From an uncultured Eubacteriales bacterium (GTDB lineage Bacteria > Bacillota > Clostridia > Peptostreptococcales > Anaerovoracaceae), in NCBI GenBank assembly GCA_949286985.1, contig CASEEM010000017.1:16176-80175 (forward strand): a stretch of DNA of 64,000 nucleotides. The letters are read 5' to 3'. The notes below the pieces were generated by a model. The model was not told the origin of the DNA. It saw nothing but the letters and a program-made list of their open reading frames with translations, and made no database searches. The first letter of the stretch is position 1, and each line of letters begins with the position of its first letter. Both the position numbers and the translations under genes were made by a program. Positions 1 to 9,589 of the stretch are shown one piece after another.

Positions 1-39
1 CGGAAACCGGGTCTCGCGAAGAAGAACCCGATTCGATAA
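1..39 (+). CDS. rsmG: 3' end of 16S rRNA m7G527 methyltransferase RsmG/GidB (partial)
   Basis: Reads RKPGLAKKNPIR-stop, resembling the RsmG C-terminus (PRKxGxxxKxP); expected position upstream of parA. Confidence 0.65.
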   Translation, partial: RKPGLAKKNPIR

Positions 40-58
40 CAGGTATATACAAAGTAAG

Positions 59-74
59 CGTTTCACGTGAAACA
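59..74. promoter_or_regulatory. parS site (ParB-binding palindrome)
   Basis: CGTTTCACGTGAAACA, one mismatch to TGTTTCACGTGAAACA. Confidence 0.9.
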
Positions 75-136
75 TCGGCGACGAACAGAATTTCCGGAGC
101 CGGCGTACCGTGAAACGCTTTTTGCATAACAAAAGA

Positions 137-152
137 TGTTTCACGTGAAACA
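137..152. promoter_or_regulatory. parS site
   Basis: Perfect TGTTTCACGTGAAACA. Confidence 0.95.
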
Positions 153-174
153 ATGAAGCAATATGCAAAGAAGA

Positions 175-190
175 TGTTTCACGTGAAACA
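175..190. promoter_or_regulatory. parS site
   Basis: Perfect TGTTTCACGTGAAACA. Confidence 0.95.
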
Positions 191-278
191 GCAGTAATGT
201 GAAGTTTGTGGGGTGGAAAAGAAAGGCTACATAGGATATAATGAAACGAGTTATCGCTGAAGAAGGGGTTAGTTTATC

Positions 279-1064
279 ATGGGTAAGGCAATAGCAATCT
301 TCAACCAGAAGGGCGGCGTCGGCAAGACGACGACGAACATCAACCTGAGCGCATGTCTCGCGGCACAGGGCAAGCGAGTCTTGGTGATCGACATCGATCC
401 GCAGGGCAATACCACGAGCGGCATCGGCATCACCAAGAGAAAACTCAAGGACACCCTGTATGATGTTTTGATCAACGGGGACGATTATGATGTTCATCGT
501 GCCATCATTCAGACCAAGACGAAGAATCTGGATCTGATTCCGGCCAGTGTCGACCTCTCCGGTGCGGAGATCGAACTCGTTAATATAGAAGGAAGAGAAA
601 AGAGACTGAAGAAGGCGATCAATCAGATTCGCGATGAATATGACTACATCTTTGTCGACTGTCCGCCGTCGCTCGGTCTTTTGACCATTAACTCTCTGAC
701 AGCGGTAGACAGCGTGCTTATTCCGATTCAGTGTGAATTCTATGCCCTGGAGGGCGTCAGCCAGCTGCTGAGCACGATTGAGCTCGTTAAGAAGAACATG
801 AATCCCGACCTTCAGATCGAAGGAGTCATCCTCAGCATGTTTGACGGCAGAACGAATCTCTCGATTCAGGTCGTGCAGGAGGTCAAGAAGTATTTCGGCA
901 GACAGGTCTTCCAGACGGTCATTCCGCGAAATGTTCGTCTGGCGGAGGCACCGAGCTACGGCATGCCGATCCTGAAATATGATCCAACCTCGGCCGGCGC
1001 GAAGGCCTATAAGAAATTCGCCGAGGAATTCCTGGAGAGGGAGAGTAAGCGAGGAAAGAAGTAA
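279..1064 (+). CDS. parA: Chromosome partitioning ATPase ParA/Soj
   Basis: Deviant Walker A NQKGGVGKTT, DIDPQGN, DCPPSLG, PRNVRLAEAPSYG. Confidence 0.97.
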   Translation: MGKAIAIFNQKGGVGKTTTNINLSACLAAQGKRVLVIDIDPQGNTTSGIGITKRKLKDTLYDVLINGDDYDVHRAIIQTKTKNLDLIPASVDLSGAEIELVNIEGREKRLKKAINQIRDEYDYIFVDCPPSLGLLTINSLTAVDSVLIPIQCEFYALEGVSQLLSTIELVKKNMNPDLQIEGVILSMFDGRTNLSIQVVQEVKKYFGRQVFQTVIPRNVRLAEAPSYGMPILKYDPTSAGAKAYKKFAEEFLERESKRGKK

Positions 1065-2020
1065 TGGCAAAGAAAAGAGGAGGCCTCGGAAGGGGACTGG
1101 ATGCGCTCTTCGCGGATGCGGCATCCATCTATGAAGAGGAGCAGGAGGAGACCGCAGCGGAGGAGGAACAGAGCCCTCCGAAGAAGAAGGCGCCTGCAAA
1201 GAGAGAGAAGAAAAGTATCGATACGGAGGATACGAAAGACCGTATCCTTTATATCGATATCAACGATATTAAGCCGAATAAGGATCAGCCGCGTAAGACC
1301 TTTAATAAGGACCGCATTCGCGACTTGGCCGATTCCATTCTGGAGAACGGCGTCATTCAGCCGCTGATTGTGCGAAAGGCGGCAAACGGGTATGAGCTCG
1401 TCGCCGGTGAACGCCGCTGGCGCGCATCGAGGGAGGCGGGCCTCAGCAAGGTGCCATGCATCGTCCGTGACTTCGACGAGAAGCAGAATATGATCGTCGC
1501 TATCATTGAGAATATGCAGCGCGAGGATCTCGATGCGATTGAAGAAGCGGCGGGCCTTCAGGCGATGGCGGAGCGTTTCCACTTCACGCAGGAGCAGATT
1601 TCGTCCAGCCTCGGCAAGAGCCGTGCTTATATTGCCAATTCACTCCGGCTTCTCAAGCTGCCGGAGGTCATTCAGCAGTATGTCAAGGACGGAAAGATGT
1701 CCGCGGCTCACGGCCGAACCCTGATCAATATCGAGGATTCGAAGAAGCAGCTGCAGCTGGCCGAGCGCATTGTCAAGGAAGGTCTTTCGGTGCGCGAGAC
1801 GGAGCGACTGGCTGATCATATCAAGGATGAAGTCAATCCGAAGCGAAAGAAGCAGCGCGAGAAGGATGCCGATATGGCGGTGGTCGAAAACGAGCTTCGC
1901 ACGCAGTTCGGCACGAAGGTCTTGATTCGCGGAACGCAGAAGAAGGGGAAAATTGAATTCGAGTATTACAGCCTGGAGGAGCTGAATCGCTTGATCGAAG
2001 CTCTCCGCAAGGCGAAGTAA
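1064..2020 (+). CDS. parB: ParB/Spo0J partition protein
   Basis: N-terminal GLGRGLDALF, AGERRWRA, ENMQREDL, HTH; translationally coupled to parA (TAATG). Confidence 0.97.
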   Translation: MAKKRGGLGRGLDALFADAASIYEEEQEETAAEEEQSPPKKKAPAKREKKSIDTEDTKDRILYIDINDIKPNKDQPRKTFNKDRIRDLADSILENGVIQPLIVRKAANGYELVAGERRWRASREAGLSKVPCIVRDFDEKQNMIVAIIENMQREDLDAIEEAAGLQAMAERFHFTQEQISSSLGKSRAYIANSLRLLKLPEVIQQYVKDGKMSAAHGRTLINIEDSKKQLQLAERIVKEGLSVRETERLADHIKDEVNPKRKKQREKDADMAVVENELRTQFGTKVLIRGTQKKGKIEFEYYSLEELNRLIEALRKAK

Positions 2021-2036
2021 GAATACAGGAGCAGCT

Positions 2037-3863
2037 ATGGATACCCGTGTATGGATGCAGGAAAATGAAGATAAGGGAAAGGAAATCGTCGGCAGCATTT
2101 ACGATCGCGTGCCGCTCCCGGTCTGCGTGGTGAGTGAAGACGATGTCGTTCTCTATGCGAATTGCAAGATGAAAGAGGTCTTTGCCTACGATGACATTGC
2201 CGGAAGCAATTTCTTCGCACTCACGGGCATCAAGCGACGCGAGCTCACGGAGACGGAAGAAGGCGAAGAGAGGGAGAACAAGATTCGCCGAAACGACCAG
2301 GTGTGGGTCCTTGAGACCAGCTTTTCGAAGTTCGGCGATGAGGATCTCGTCGTCTACTTTATCAACGTCACGGAGCGTGAGGAGCTCCGCACGAGTCTTC
2401 GCGACGAGCATCTCTGCCAGCTTTATATCAACATAGACAACTACGATGAGCTCATCCAGAGCGGGGGGTCCGATAACCGCATGGCGGTACCGACGGAGGT
2501 CGACCGCATTCTCAGGAACTGGGCGGAGAAATACAACGGTGTCATCGAGTCCATCGCGGAGGACAGCTACTTGATGAGCGTCTACCGCCGCGATGCGGAT
2601 GCGATGATTGAGGGCAAGTTCCAGATCCTCGATGAAATCCGAAATATTAAGACGAAGATCGACTTCCCGGTATCGATCAGCATCGGTATGGGTATGGGAG
2701 GCACGAGCCTTCGCGAACGGACGGAGCTTGCGGAAGCGGCGCTCGAACTGGCGCTCGGCCGCGGCGGCGACCAGGCCGTCGTCAAGACGGGGAACCGCAC
2801 GCATTTCTACGGCGGCAAGTTCCAGTCCATGGAGAAGAACAATAAGGGCAAGTCGCGTGTCATCGCCCACGCCCTGAAGCAGCTCATTCTTGAGAGCGAG
2901 AATGTCATCATCATGGGCCACATGTGGCCGGATATGGACAGCTTCGGTGCGGCCATCGGTGCCTATAAGATTGCGGAATCCTTCGATAAGGATGTCTATA
3001 TCGTTCTCGAGCAATACAATGAGGCGCTCGAGGAGATCTACAAGCAGGCCGAGACGACGGAGGATTATGAACTGATCTCCCGCGCGAAGGCAGTGGAATA
3101 TTGCACGGAGAATACGCTGCTCATCGTCGTCGATACGCATCGCCCGAATATGACGGAGTGTCCGGAGCTGCTTTCCATCGCCGGGAAGCGCGTCGTCATC
3201 GACCATCACCGTCTGTCGGAGGATTCCATCGAGTTCCCGACGCTTTCCTATGTTGAGTCGTATGCTTCATCGACGAGTGAGCTGATGACGGAGATCCTTC
3301 AATATACGTCGAATAAGAAGCTGATCAATAAGTTCGAGGCGGAAGCGCTGCTCGCCGGAATCACGGTCGATACGAACAGCTTTTCCATCAAGACGGGGGT
3401 CCGCACCTTTGAAGCGGCAGCCTGGCTTCGCAAGGCCGGCGCCGATACGACGGAGGTCAAGCGCTTCTTCCAGACGGAGGTCAGCTCCTTCCAGATGAAG
3501 GCGGATGCGGTCGCTCGCGCCGAGTATCTCGAGAGCGGCATCGCCTTTGCGATTTCGGAAGGATATTCGACAGATGCGCAGATCATCAATGCGCAGGTCG
3601 CCGATGAGCTCTTGATGGTCAAGGGCGTTAAGGCTGTCTTTGCCGTCGGGAAGAACGATCAGCTCAAAACGGTCATCAGCGCACGTTCGCTCGGGGATAT
3701 CAATGTACAGGTCGTCATGGAGCATTTCCATGGCGGCGGCCATCTGACGTCGGCCGGTGCGCAGGTCGATCTCTCCCCGGAGGAGGTCATCGACGAGCTC
3801 AAGCGAATCCTTCCGAATTATGTGGATGAGAAGAAGGATAAGGAAGAGAACGAACAAGAATAG
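2037..3863 (+). CDS. gdpP: c-di-AMP phosphodiesterase GdpP-like (PAS, degenerate GGDEF, DHH/DHHA1)
   Basis: ALGRGGDQAVV, GHMWPDMDS, VIDHH, GGGHLTSAG; directly upstream of rplI. Confidence 0.92.
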   Translation: MDTRVWMQENEDKGKEIVGSIYDRVPLPVCVVSEDDVVLYANCKMKEVFAYDDIAGSNFFALTGIKRRELTETEEGEERENKIRRNDQVWVLETSFSKFGDEDLVVYFINVTEREELRTSLRDEHLCQLYINIDNYDELIQSGGSDNRMAVPTEVDRILRNWAEKYNGVIESIAEDSYLMSVYRRDADAMIEGKFQILDEIRNIKTKIDFPVSISIGMGMGGTSLRERTELAEAALELALGRGGDQAVVKTGNRTHFYGGKFQSMEKNNKGKSRVIAHALKQLILESENVIIMGHMWPDMDSFGAAIGAYKIAESFDKDVYIVLEQYNEALEEIYKQAETTEDYELISRAKAVEYCTENTLLIVVDTHRPNMTECPELLSIAGKRVVIDHHRLSEDSIEFPTLSYVESYASSTSELMTEILQYTSNKKLINKFEAEALLAGITVDTNSFSIKTGVRTFEAAAWLRKAGADTTEVKRFFQTEVSSFQMKADAVARAEYLESGIAFAISEGYSTDAQIINAQVADELLMVKGVKAVFAVGKNDQLKTVISARSLGDINVQVVMEHFHGGGHLTSAGAQVDLSPEEVIDELKRILPNYVDEKKDKEENEQE

Positions 3864-3920
3864 TCTGCCGAGAAGAACAGAGGCAGAGAAACCGATAGAA
3901 TCGGAAGAAAGGAAACGATT

Positions 3921-4367
3921 ATGAAAGTCATTTTGTTAAAGGATGTCAAGGGTACCGGCAAGAAAGGCGATGTCGTCAAGGTCAACGACGGATTCGGCAG
4001 AAACCGTCTCATTCCGGGCGGATTTGCCGTAGAGGCTACGAAGGCCAATATCGCACAGGTTGAGCGCAAGCAGGCTGCGAAGGAAGCGCAGATTGCTGAG
4101 GAGAGAGCAGAGGCGAAGAAGATGGCAGAGCTGCTGTCGGAGAAGCCGGTCGTTCTCGAGACGAAGGTCGGCGAGGGCGGAAGATTGTTCGGCTCCATCA
4201 CGTCGATGGACATCGCCGAAGCGATCAAGGCGCAGACGGGCCACGATATCGATAAGAAGAAGATCGTACTCGATAAGCCGATCAAGAGCGTCGGTACGTT
4301 TACGGTGATGGTCAAGCTGTACACGGAGATCGCAGCCGAGATCGAAGTTCAGATCAAGGAAGCCTAA
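3921..4367 (+). CDS. rplI: 50S ribosomal protein L9
   Basis: MKVILLKDVKGTGKKGDVVKVNDGFGRN, GRLFGSITSMDIA. Confidence 0.98.
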   Translation: MKVILLKDVKGTGKKGDVVKVNDGFGRNRLIPGGFAVEATKANIAQVERKQAAKEAQIAEERAEAKKMAELLSEKPVVLETKVGEGGRLFGSITSMDIAEAIKAQTGHDIDKKKIVLDKPIKSVGTFTVMVKLYTEIAAEIEVQIKEA

Positions 4368-4382
4368 GGTCAGATGGGAAGC

Positions 4383-4426
4383 CCGCTCAATCGCGCGCCG
4401 GAAGGTGCGCGATTGGTGCGGTTTTT
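4383..4426 (+). terminator. Intrinsic terminator-like hairpin between rplI and dnaB
   Basis: CAATCGCGCGCC-GGAA-GGTGCGCGATTG stem followed by a T5 tract. Confidence 0.7.
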
Positions 4427-4451
4427 GTAGGGGGAGGAACGAGGAGATTTC

Positions 4452-5828
4452 ATGGATAACAGAATGGACAACATGGAGAACAGAGAAATCGAATCGCTGG
4501 AGCAGCCGCACGATCTGGAGGCGGAGCGCTTCGTGCTCGGCGCCATGATGCTCGACCAGGATGCTATCATGGATGTCATCGACAAGCTTCGTCCCGACGA
4601 TTTCTACAGCAGGGAACACGAGGAGATCTATAAGGCCTTTATCGACATGTATCGCCGAGGCATTCGCATCGACCAGATGACGACGCGCGCCCAGCTTGAG
4701 AAGAATCATACCCTCGAGCTCGTCGGCGGCAGCACTTATCTGGCGCAGCTCTGCTCCGACGCTATCGTTCCGGGCAATGCGACGTATTATGCGGACGTGG
4801 TCATCTCGAAGTCGAGAATGCGTCTTCTCATCTATGAGGCCGAACGCATGCGGAAGAGCGCCTATGACGGACGCGAGGATGCCGAGGTGATCCTCGACCG
4901 CGCCGAGCAGGGCATTTTCAATATCGCGAACCGGACACAGCGCAGGAGTTATACGGACCTCCGCGATGTCCTTCAGATGAATATCCAGCACATTCAGGAA
5001 CTGCAGGCGAATCCGAATCCGCTTCCGGGCATGACCTCGGGATTTCGCGATCTCGACCGCATCCTGACCGGCTTTCATAAGACGGACCTTGTCGTCCTGG
5101 CCGCTCGCCCGGGAATGGGTAAGACGGCCTTCGCGCTGAACGTCGCGATGAATGCGGCAACGGCAGGGAATTCCGTCATGATCTTCAGCATGGAGATGTC
5201 GAAGGAGCAGCTCGGAGAGCGTATGCTCTCGATGCGCTCGAACGTCGAAATGGAGCATATCAAGACGGGAGACATCCAGGATGATGAATGGATGAGCATC
5301 AGCAACGCACAGGACGCCTTCGATGAAATGAATATTCAAATTGACGAGACGCCGGACATCTCGGTCCTCGAGATGAAGAACAAGTGCCGCCGTCTCAAGG
5401 CGGAGCGCGGGCTCGATCTCGTCATCATCGACTATCTCCAGCTCATGAGCTACTCCGGCAAAGGTGCTGATACTCGAAATAACGAGATTTCGGCCCTCAC
5501 GAGAAGCATCAAGATTATGGCAAAGGAGCTGGACATCTGTGTCATCCTGCTGTCGCAGCTTTCGCGTAATACCGAGAACCGAGCAGAGAGCCGTCCGCAT
5601 CTTTCGGACCTCCGCGATTCCGGAGCGATCGAGCAGGATGCGGACATCGTCATCTTCCTCCGCCGCGAAGAATATTACGAGAGCCCGGATGATCCGGCCG
5701 CAGCCTCGGGGATGGGCAGCACCTGCGAGGTCACGATTGCGAAGCATCGTTCCGGTCCGACGGGCATCGTGCGCCTGGCATGGATCGGTCGTTATACGAA
5801 GTTCGGCAATCTGGAATATACGAATTAA
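4452..5828 (+). CDS. dnaB: Replicative DNA helicase
   Basis: AARPGMGKT Walker A, IIDYLQLM, LSQLSR, SDLRDSGAIEQDAD, IAKHRSGPTG. Confidence 0.97.
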   Translation: MDNRMDNMENREIESLEQPHDLEAERFVLGAMMLDQDAIMDVIDKLRPDDFYSREHEEIYKAFIDMYRRGIRIDQMTTRAQLEKNHTLELVGGSTYLAQLCSDAIVPGNATYYADVVISKSRMRLLIYEAERMRKSAYDGREDAEVILDRAEQGIFNIANRTQRRSYTDLRDVLQMNIQHIQELQANPNPLPGMTSGFRDLDRILTGFHKTDLVVLAARPGMGKTAFALNVAMNAATAGNSVMIFSMEMSKEQLGERMLSMRSNVEMEHIKTGDIQDDEWMSISNAQDAFDEMNIQIDETPDISVLEMKNKCRRLKAERGLDLVIIDYLQLMSYSGKGADTRNNEISALTRSIKIMAKELDICVILLSQLSRNTENRAESRPHLSDLRDSGAIEQDADIVIFLRREEYYESPDDPAAASGMGSTCEVTIAKHRSGPTGIVRLAWIGRYTKFGNLEYTN

Positions 5829-5880
5829 TTGATAAGACCTTCAACGTTCGATGGATGGATTTTCACATTTCGGGAGTACA

Positions 5881-7278
5881 ATGGCTACAATCAGTTTTGA
5901 GAAAGACAAAGAGAAGGACATTTATCTTTGCAGCACGTCAGTCGAGAATTTCGTCATCAACGAATTCATACCGGTCGCGCCGGCGGGAGCGATTAAGCTC
6001 TATCTGCTGGGACTCATGTATGCAGAGCAGGAAATGCCGATGGATACGGAGAAGCTCTCGCGCGTGCTTCGCATGACGCCGGACGAAATCGATGAGGCCT
6101 GGGACTACTGGGTCTCGCTTGGTGTTGTTCGGAAGAATTACGACCTCGAAGGCTCCGGCAATTATCGCATCGTCTTTATCAGCCAGATAGAACGCTTCTT
6201 CGGCAAGAAGAAGGCCTCCGCGGCGAAAAGCCCGTCGCAGGCGGCGGGCGCTTTAAATGCTTCGGGTGCTGCCTCCGGAACCTCGGAGGAGCAACTGATC
6301 GATCGCGAGCTCCGCGGCCTCTACGACCATTATGAAGCGGTCGCCGGGAGGACGATCAGCATGAAAGAGATGAAGATGATTGCCGATGCAGTCAAGCAAT
6401 TCCTCGTTTCGCCGGATGTCTTCGATTATGCGATCAAGTACTGCGCCGAGAAGGAGAAGACCGGCATTGAATACATCGCAACCGTCGCTCGGAACTGGAA
6501 GAAAGAGGGCTGCTCGGACATCGTACAGGTGCGCGAGCTGCTCGATCGAAACAGCCGCCGCCGCGAACTCTATCAGCGCGTCTTCCGCGAGCTCGGTTTT
6601 CGCCGTGCACGCACGCCGGGCGACGAGGAGATGATGGATCGCTGGCTCGATGAGTACGGCTTCACGGAGAACGAGGTCATCGAGGCCTGCCGCAAGACGG
6701 CCGGCAAGAGAGATCCGAGCCTGAACTACGTGAATGCAATTCTGGAGAATCAGATCCTCGAAAAGGGCGGTATCAAGCTCCCGAAGGCGTACGGCGGTTC
6801 GCCCGCTTCGGGCAATCGGAAGGGCCGCGGGGGACAGGGCGGAGAGAGCAAGCCGGACCTCAGTGATCCGCGTCAGCGCATCAGCAGGGACGTCTTGGAG
6901 CGATACTACCGCTGGCTCCGAGACGAATCCGTGAAGAATCTCGAAAAACATCGCACGGAGATAGAGGAACGCATTCCGGCCATGAAATACATTCGAGACA
7001 AGGAAGAAGAAGCGAGGCGCCTCCTCATCACCTTTGGCAACAGCGAAGAGGGCCGCGCGAAGAGACAAGAAACACGCGAGCTGCTTCATCAGCTCGCACA
7101 GGAGAGAAGGAACCTTCTTCGCTCCAACGGATATCCGGAGGATTATCTGGATCTGAAGCACAAATGCAACGAATGCCGAGACACCGGCGTCCTCGAGGAC
7201 GGCAGATTCTGTTCCTGCCAAACAGCTAGATCGGAAGAGGCTTACGAATGGTATCAAAAAAGACAAGAAAAGAAATAA
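5881..7278 (+). CDS. DnaD-domain replication protein with C-terminal Zn-binding extension
   Basis: N-terminal VENFVINEF..A..IKLYL, two DnaD/DnaB_2-like repeats (YIATVARNW, YVNAILEN), C-terminal CxxC-DTG-CxC; start chosen after GGGAG RBS. Confidence 0.8.
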   Translation: MATISFEKDKEKDIYLCSTSVENFVINEFIPVAPAGAIKLYLLGLMYAEQEMPMDTEKLSRVLRMTPDEIDEAWDYWVSLGVVRKNYDLEGSGNYRIVFISQIERFFGKKKASAAKSPSQAAGALNASGAASGTSEEQLIDRELRGLYDHYEAVAGRTISMKEMKMIADAVKQFLVSPDVFDYAIKYCAEKEKTGIEYIATVARNWKKEGCSDIVQVRELLDRNSRRRELYQRVFRELGFRRARTPGDEEMMDRWLDEYGFTENEVIEACRKTAGKRDPSLNYVNAILENQILEKGGIKLPKAYGGSPASGNRKGRGGQGGESKPDLSDPRQRISRDVLERYYRWLRDESVKNLEKHRTEIEERIPAMKYIRDKEEEARRLLITFGNSEEGRAKRQETRELLHQLAQERRNLLRSNGYPEDYLDLKHKCNECRDTGVLEDGRFCSCQTARSEEAYEWYQKRQEKK

Positions 7279-7283
7279 AAGAG

Positions 7284-8864
7284 ATGAAGAACGAAGAGCG
7301 TAAGGCGAAGCGCGAGGCGAAGCGAGCACTCAAGGCCGCGAAAAAAGCGGAGAAGGCACAGAAGAAGACCTCGCCGCTGCAGCAGATTGAGAAGGGGTTT
7401 GCGGCCGTCATCGATCTTCATGACCGTGCCCAGGCTCGCGCTGACGCTTTCTTCGGGGAGTGCGGACGAAGCATCGTCAAAGAAATCGACGATGCGCGCT
7501 TCCGTTACCGAGGCTCGGAGCGAAGCATGGTGAAATCGGGATTCGTCATGACCATGATCATCTGCGCCATGATGTTCGTCTTCGATTATTTCACGGTCTA
7601 TGAATATGCCTATAACGGTCGTGTGCTCGGTTATGTCGATTCCGAGGATACGGTCGTCAATCTGCTCGATGTCGCCGGCGAACGCATGGCGGATGCCGAC
7701 GAAGAGAATAAGGACAAGATCGTCTTCCGTGCCGGAGACAATGTCACCTTCAAGAAGGTCTCGGCCGGAGAGCATGACGTCGATGATGTCGACATGGTAG
7801 CGAATAAGCTGACGTATATGACCGATATCGAAGTCGAGGCTTACGGCCTCTATCAGGACGGCAAGCTCCTGACGGTCTTCGATACGGAGACGACCGCACA
7901 GCGTGCCGCATCCTCGGCGATGAATCATTATGCGGAGCCGGATCAGGGCATGGAGATCTTGGATGTCTCCTTCAACAAGGAAGTTGAGGTTCGTCCGATC
8001 AATGTCCTACTGACCAGCGTTCAGAGCTTCGAGGAGGGCCGCGATCAGCTGATCAACGGCGGCACCATCGAGCTCTCGCACATCATGGGTGACGGAGAAA
8101 GCGTCGCATCCATCGCGAGAGATTACAGCGTCACGGAGGATCAGATCCACGGCGAGAACGGTGAAGCAGCCTCTGAGCTTCAGGTTGGCGACCTCGTTGT
8201 CATGGACAAGGAAGTCTCGAAGCTCGAGGTTAAGGTCGTCGAAGACGGTACGATGTCCGAGGTCATCAAGCACAAGACCGAGAAGAGAAATTCGGATGAG
8301 CTCTATAAGGGCGAGACCATGGTCGCACAGCAAGGTGTCGACGGCCGCCAGCTCATCACGGGTAAGGTCACGAAGGTCAACGACGAAATCGTCAAACGCG
8401 ACCTCAAGAGTCAGGAAGTCGTCAAGGAGGCCGTCACGGAGGTCATCCTCATCGGTACGAAGGATAAGCCGAAGACGGCTTCGACCGGCCATTACATCAT
8501 TCCGATCCGCGGCAATTACATCATCAACGGCAACGGTCACTTCGGCTGGCGCTGGGGTCGTCTCCACAAGGGACTCGACTTCTCCTGTGCGACCGGAACA
8601 CCGATCTATGCTTCGGACGGCGGTACGGTCACCTTCTCCGGCGTGAAGAGCGGATACGGCAACTGCATCGTCATCACGCACGATAACGGCGATCGCACCC
8701 TGTACGGACATAACAGCCGGCTGCTCGTTTCGACGGGTCAGAAGGTCTACCAGGGTCAGGAAATCGCGCTGGCCGGTAATACCGGCAACAGCACCGGATC
8801 CCACCTTCACTTCGAAATTTACAAGGGAGGCAGCGTCGTCGACCCGGCCGGATATATTTTCTAA
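7284..8864 (+). CDS. M23 family peptidoglycan endopeptidase with TM anchor, LysM-like and G5 domains
   Basis: HKGLD and STGSHLHFEI M23 motifs; G5-like GETMVAQQGVDG...VILIGTK; start uncertain. Confidence 0.9.
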   Translation: MKNEERKAKREAKRALKAAKKAEKAQKKTSPLQQIEKGFAAVIDLHDRAQARADAFFGECGRSIVKEIDDARFRYRGSERSMVKSGFVMTMIICAMMFVFDYFTVYEYAYNGRVLGYVDSEDTVVNLLDVAGERMADADEENKDKIVFRAGDNVTFKKVSAGEHDVDDVDMVANKLTYMTDIEVEAYGLYQDGKLLTVFDTETTAQRAASSAMNHYAEPDQGMEILDVSFNKEVEVRPINVLLTSVQSFEEGRDQLINGGTIELSHIMGDGESVASIARDYSVTEDQIHGENGEAASELQVGDLVVMDKEVSKLEVKVVEDGTMSEVIKHKTEKRNSDELYKGETMVAQQGVDGRQLITGKVTKVNDEIVKRDLKSQEVVKEAVTEVILIGTKDKPKTASTGHYIIPIRGNYIINGNGHFGWRWGRLHKGLDFSCATGTPIYASDGGTVTFSGVKSGYGNCIVITHDNGDRTLYGHNSRLLVSTGQKVYQGQEIALAGNTGNSTGSHLHFEIYKGGSVVDPAGYIF

Positions 8865-8917
8865 AGCAGCGGGAAAGCCCGTAACGGAGCACTTGAAACA
8901 GACAGGCAGCGCAAGAG

Positions 8918-9589
8918 ATGAGAACAGATAAGAAGAACAAAAGCAAAGAAGATCTTGCGCGGGAGAGGCGAAAGATCAAGGCGGAGAAGCGCAAGAAGAA
9001 GGGGCAGGACCTCGCTTCGATCCGAAGCCGTGAAGCATCCGAGCAGAAGAAAAAGAAGAAGACGAGGATCACGGATGAATGGCGTCCCGATGAACTCAGC
9101 GGCTCCATCGTCCGTGTAGAGAAATCCGGGGCAGTCTCCGGCGAGCATTCCGAGGCGGGCCGAAAGAATGCGGCCAAGGGCGGGAAGAGATCCCGGAGAA
9201 AAGGGCTCTCCGCTCGTCTCAAGGAGGTCGACCGCCGCAAGGTCGTCATCGTGATTATCATCCTGCTCTTCCTCGTGTTCATCGCTCACAATGTCATCCG
9301 CCTTCAATATGAGCAGATGCAGCTCAAGAAGCAGAATGAAGAGCTGAAGGAGCAGGAGAAGGATCTCCGGATTGAGCTCGAGAATATCAACAGCAAGGAA
9401 TATATCGAGAAGGAAGCGCGAAGACAGCTTCGCCTGGTCAACCCGGACGAGATCCTCTTCGTCTTCCCGGGTGAAGAACAGGACGAATCGAACGATAGTG
9501 CGTCTTCGGACAAGGCGGATTCCGCGGAAGCATCCGCCGATGCGGCTTCGGAGCAGGAGGCCTCGGGCGGAGGGAATGCGAATGAATAA
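8918..9589 (+). CDS. Septum formation initiator (DivIC/FtsB family)
   Basis: Basic N-terminus, one TM helix, coiled coil, YIEKEARRQLRLVNPDEILF. Confidence 0.85.
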   Translation: MRTDKKNKSKEDLARERRKIKAEKRKKKGQDLASIRSREASEQKKKKKTRITDEWRPDELSGSIVRVEKSGAVSGEHSEAGRKNAAKGGKRSRRKGLSARLKEVDRRKVVIVIIILLFLVFIAHNVIRLQYEQMQLKKQNEELKEQEKDLRIELENINSKEYIEKEARRQLRLVNPDEILFVFPGEEQDESNDSASSDKADSAEASADAASEQEASGGGNANE

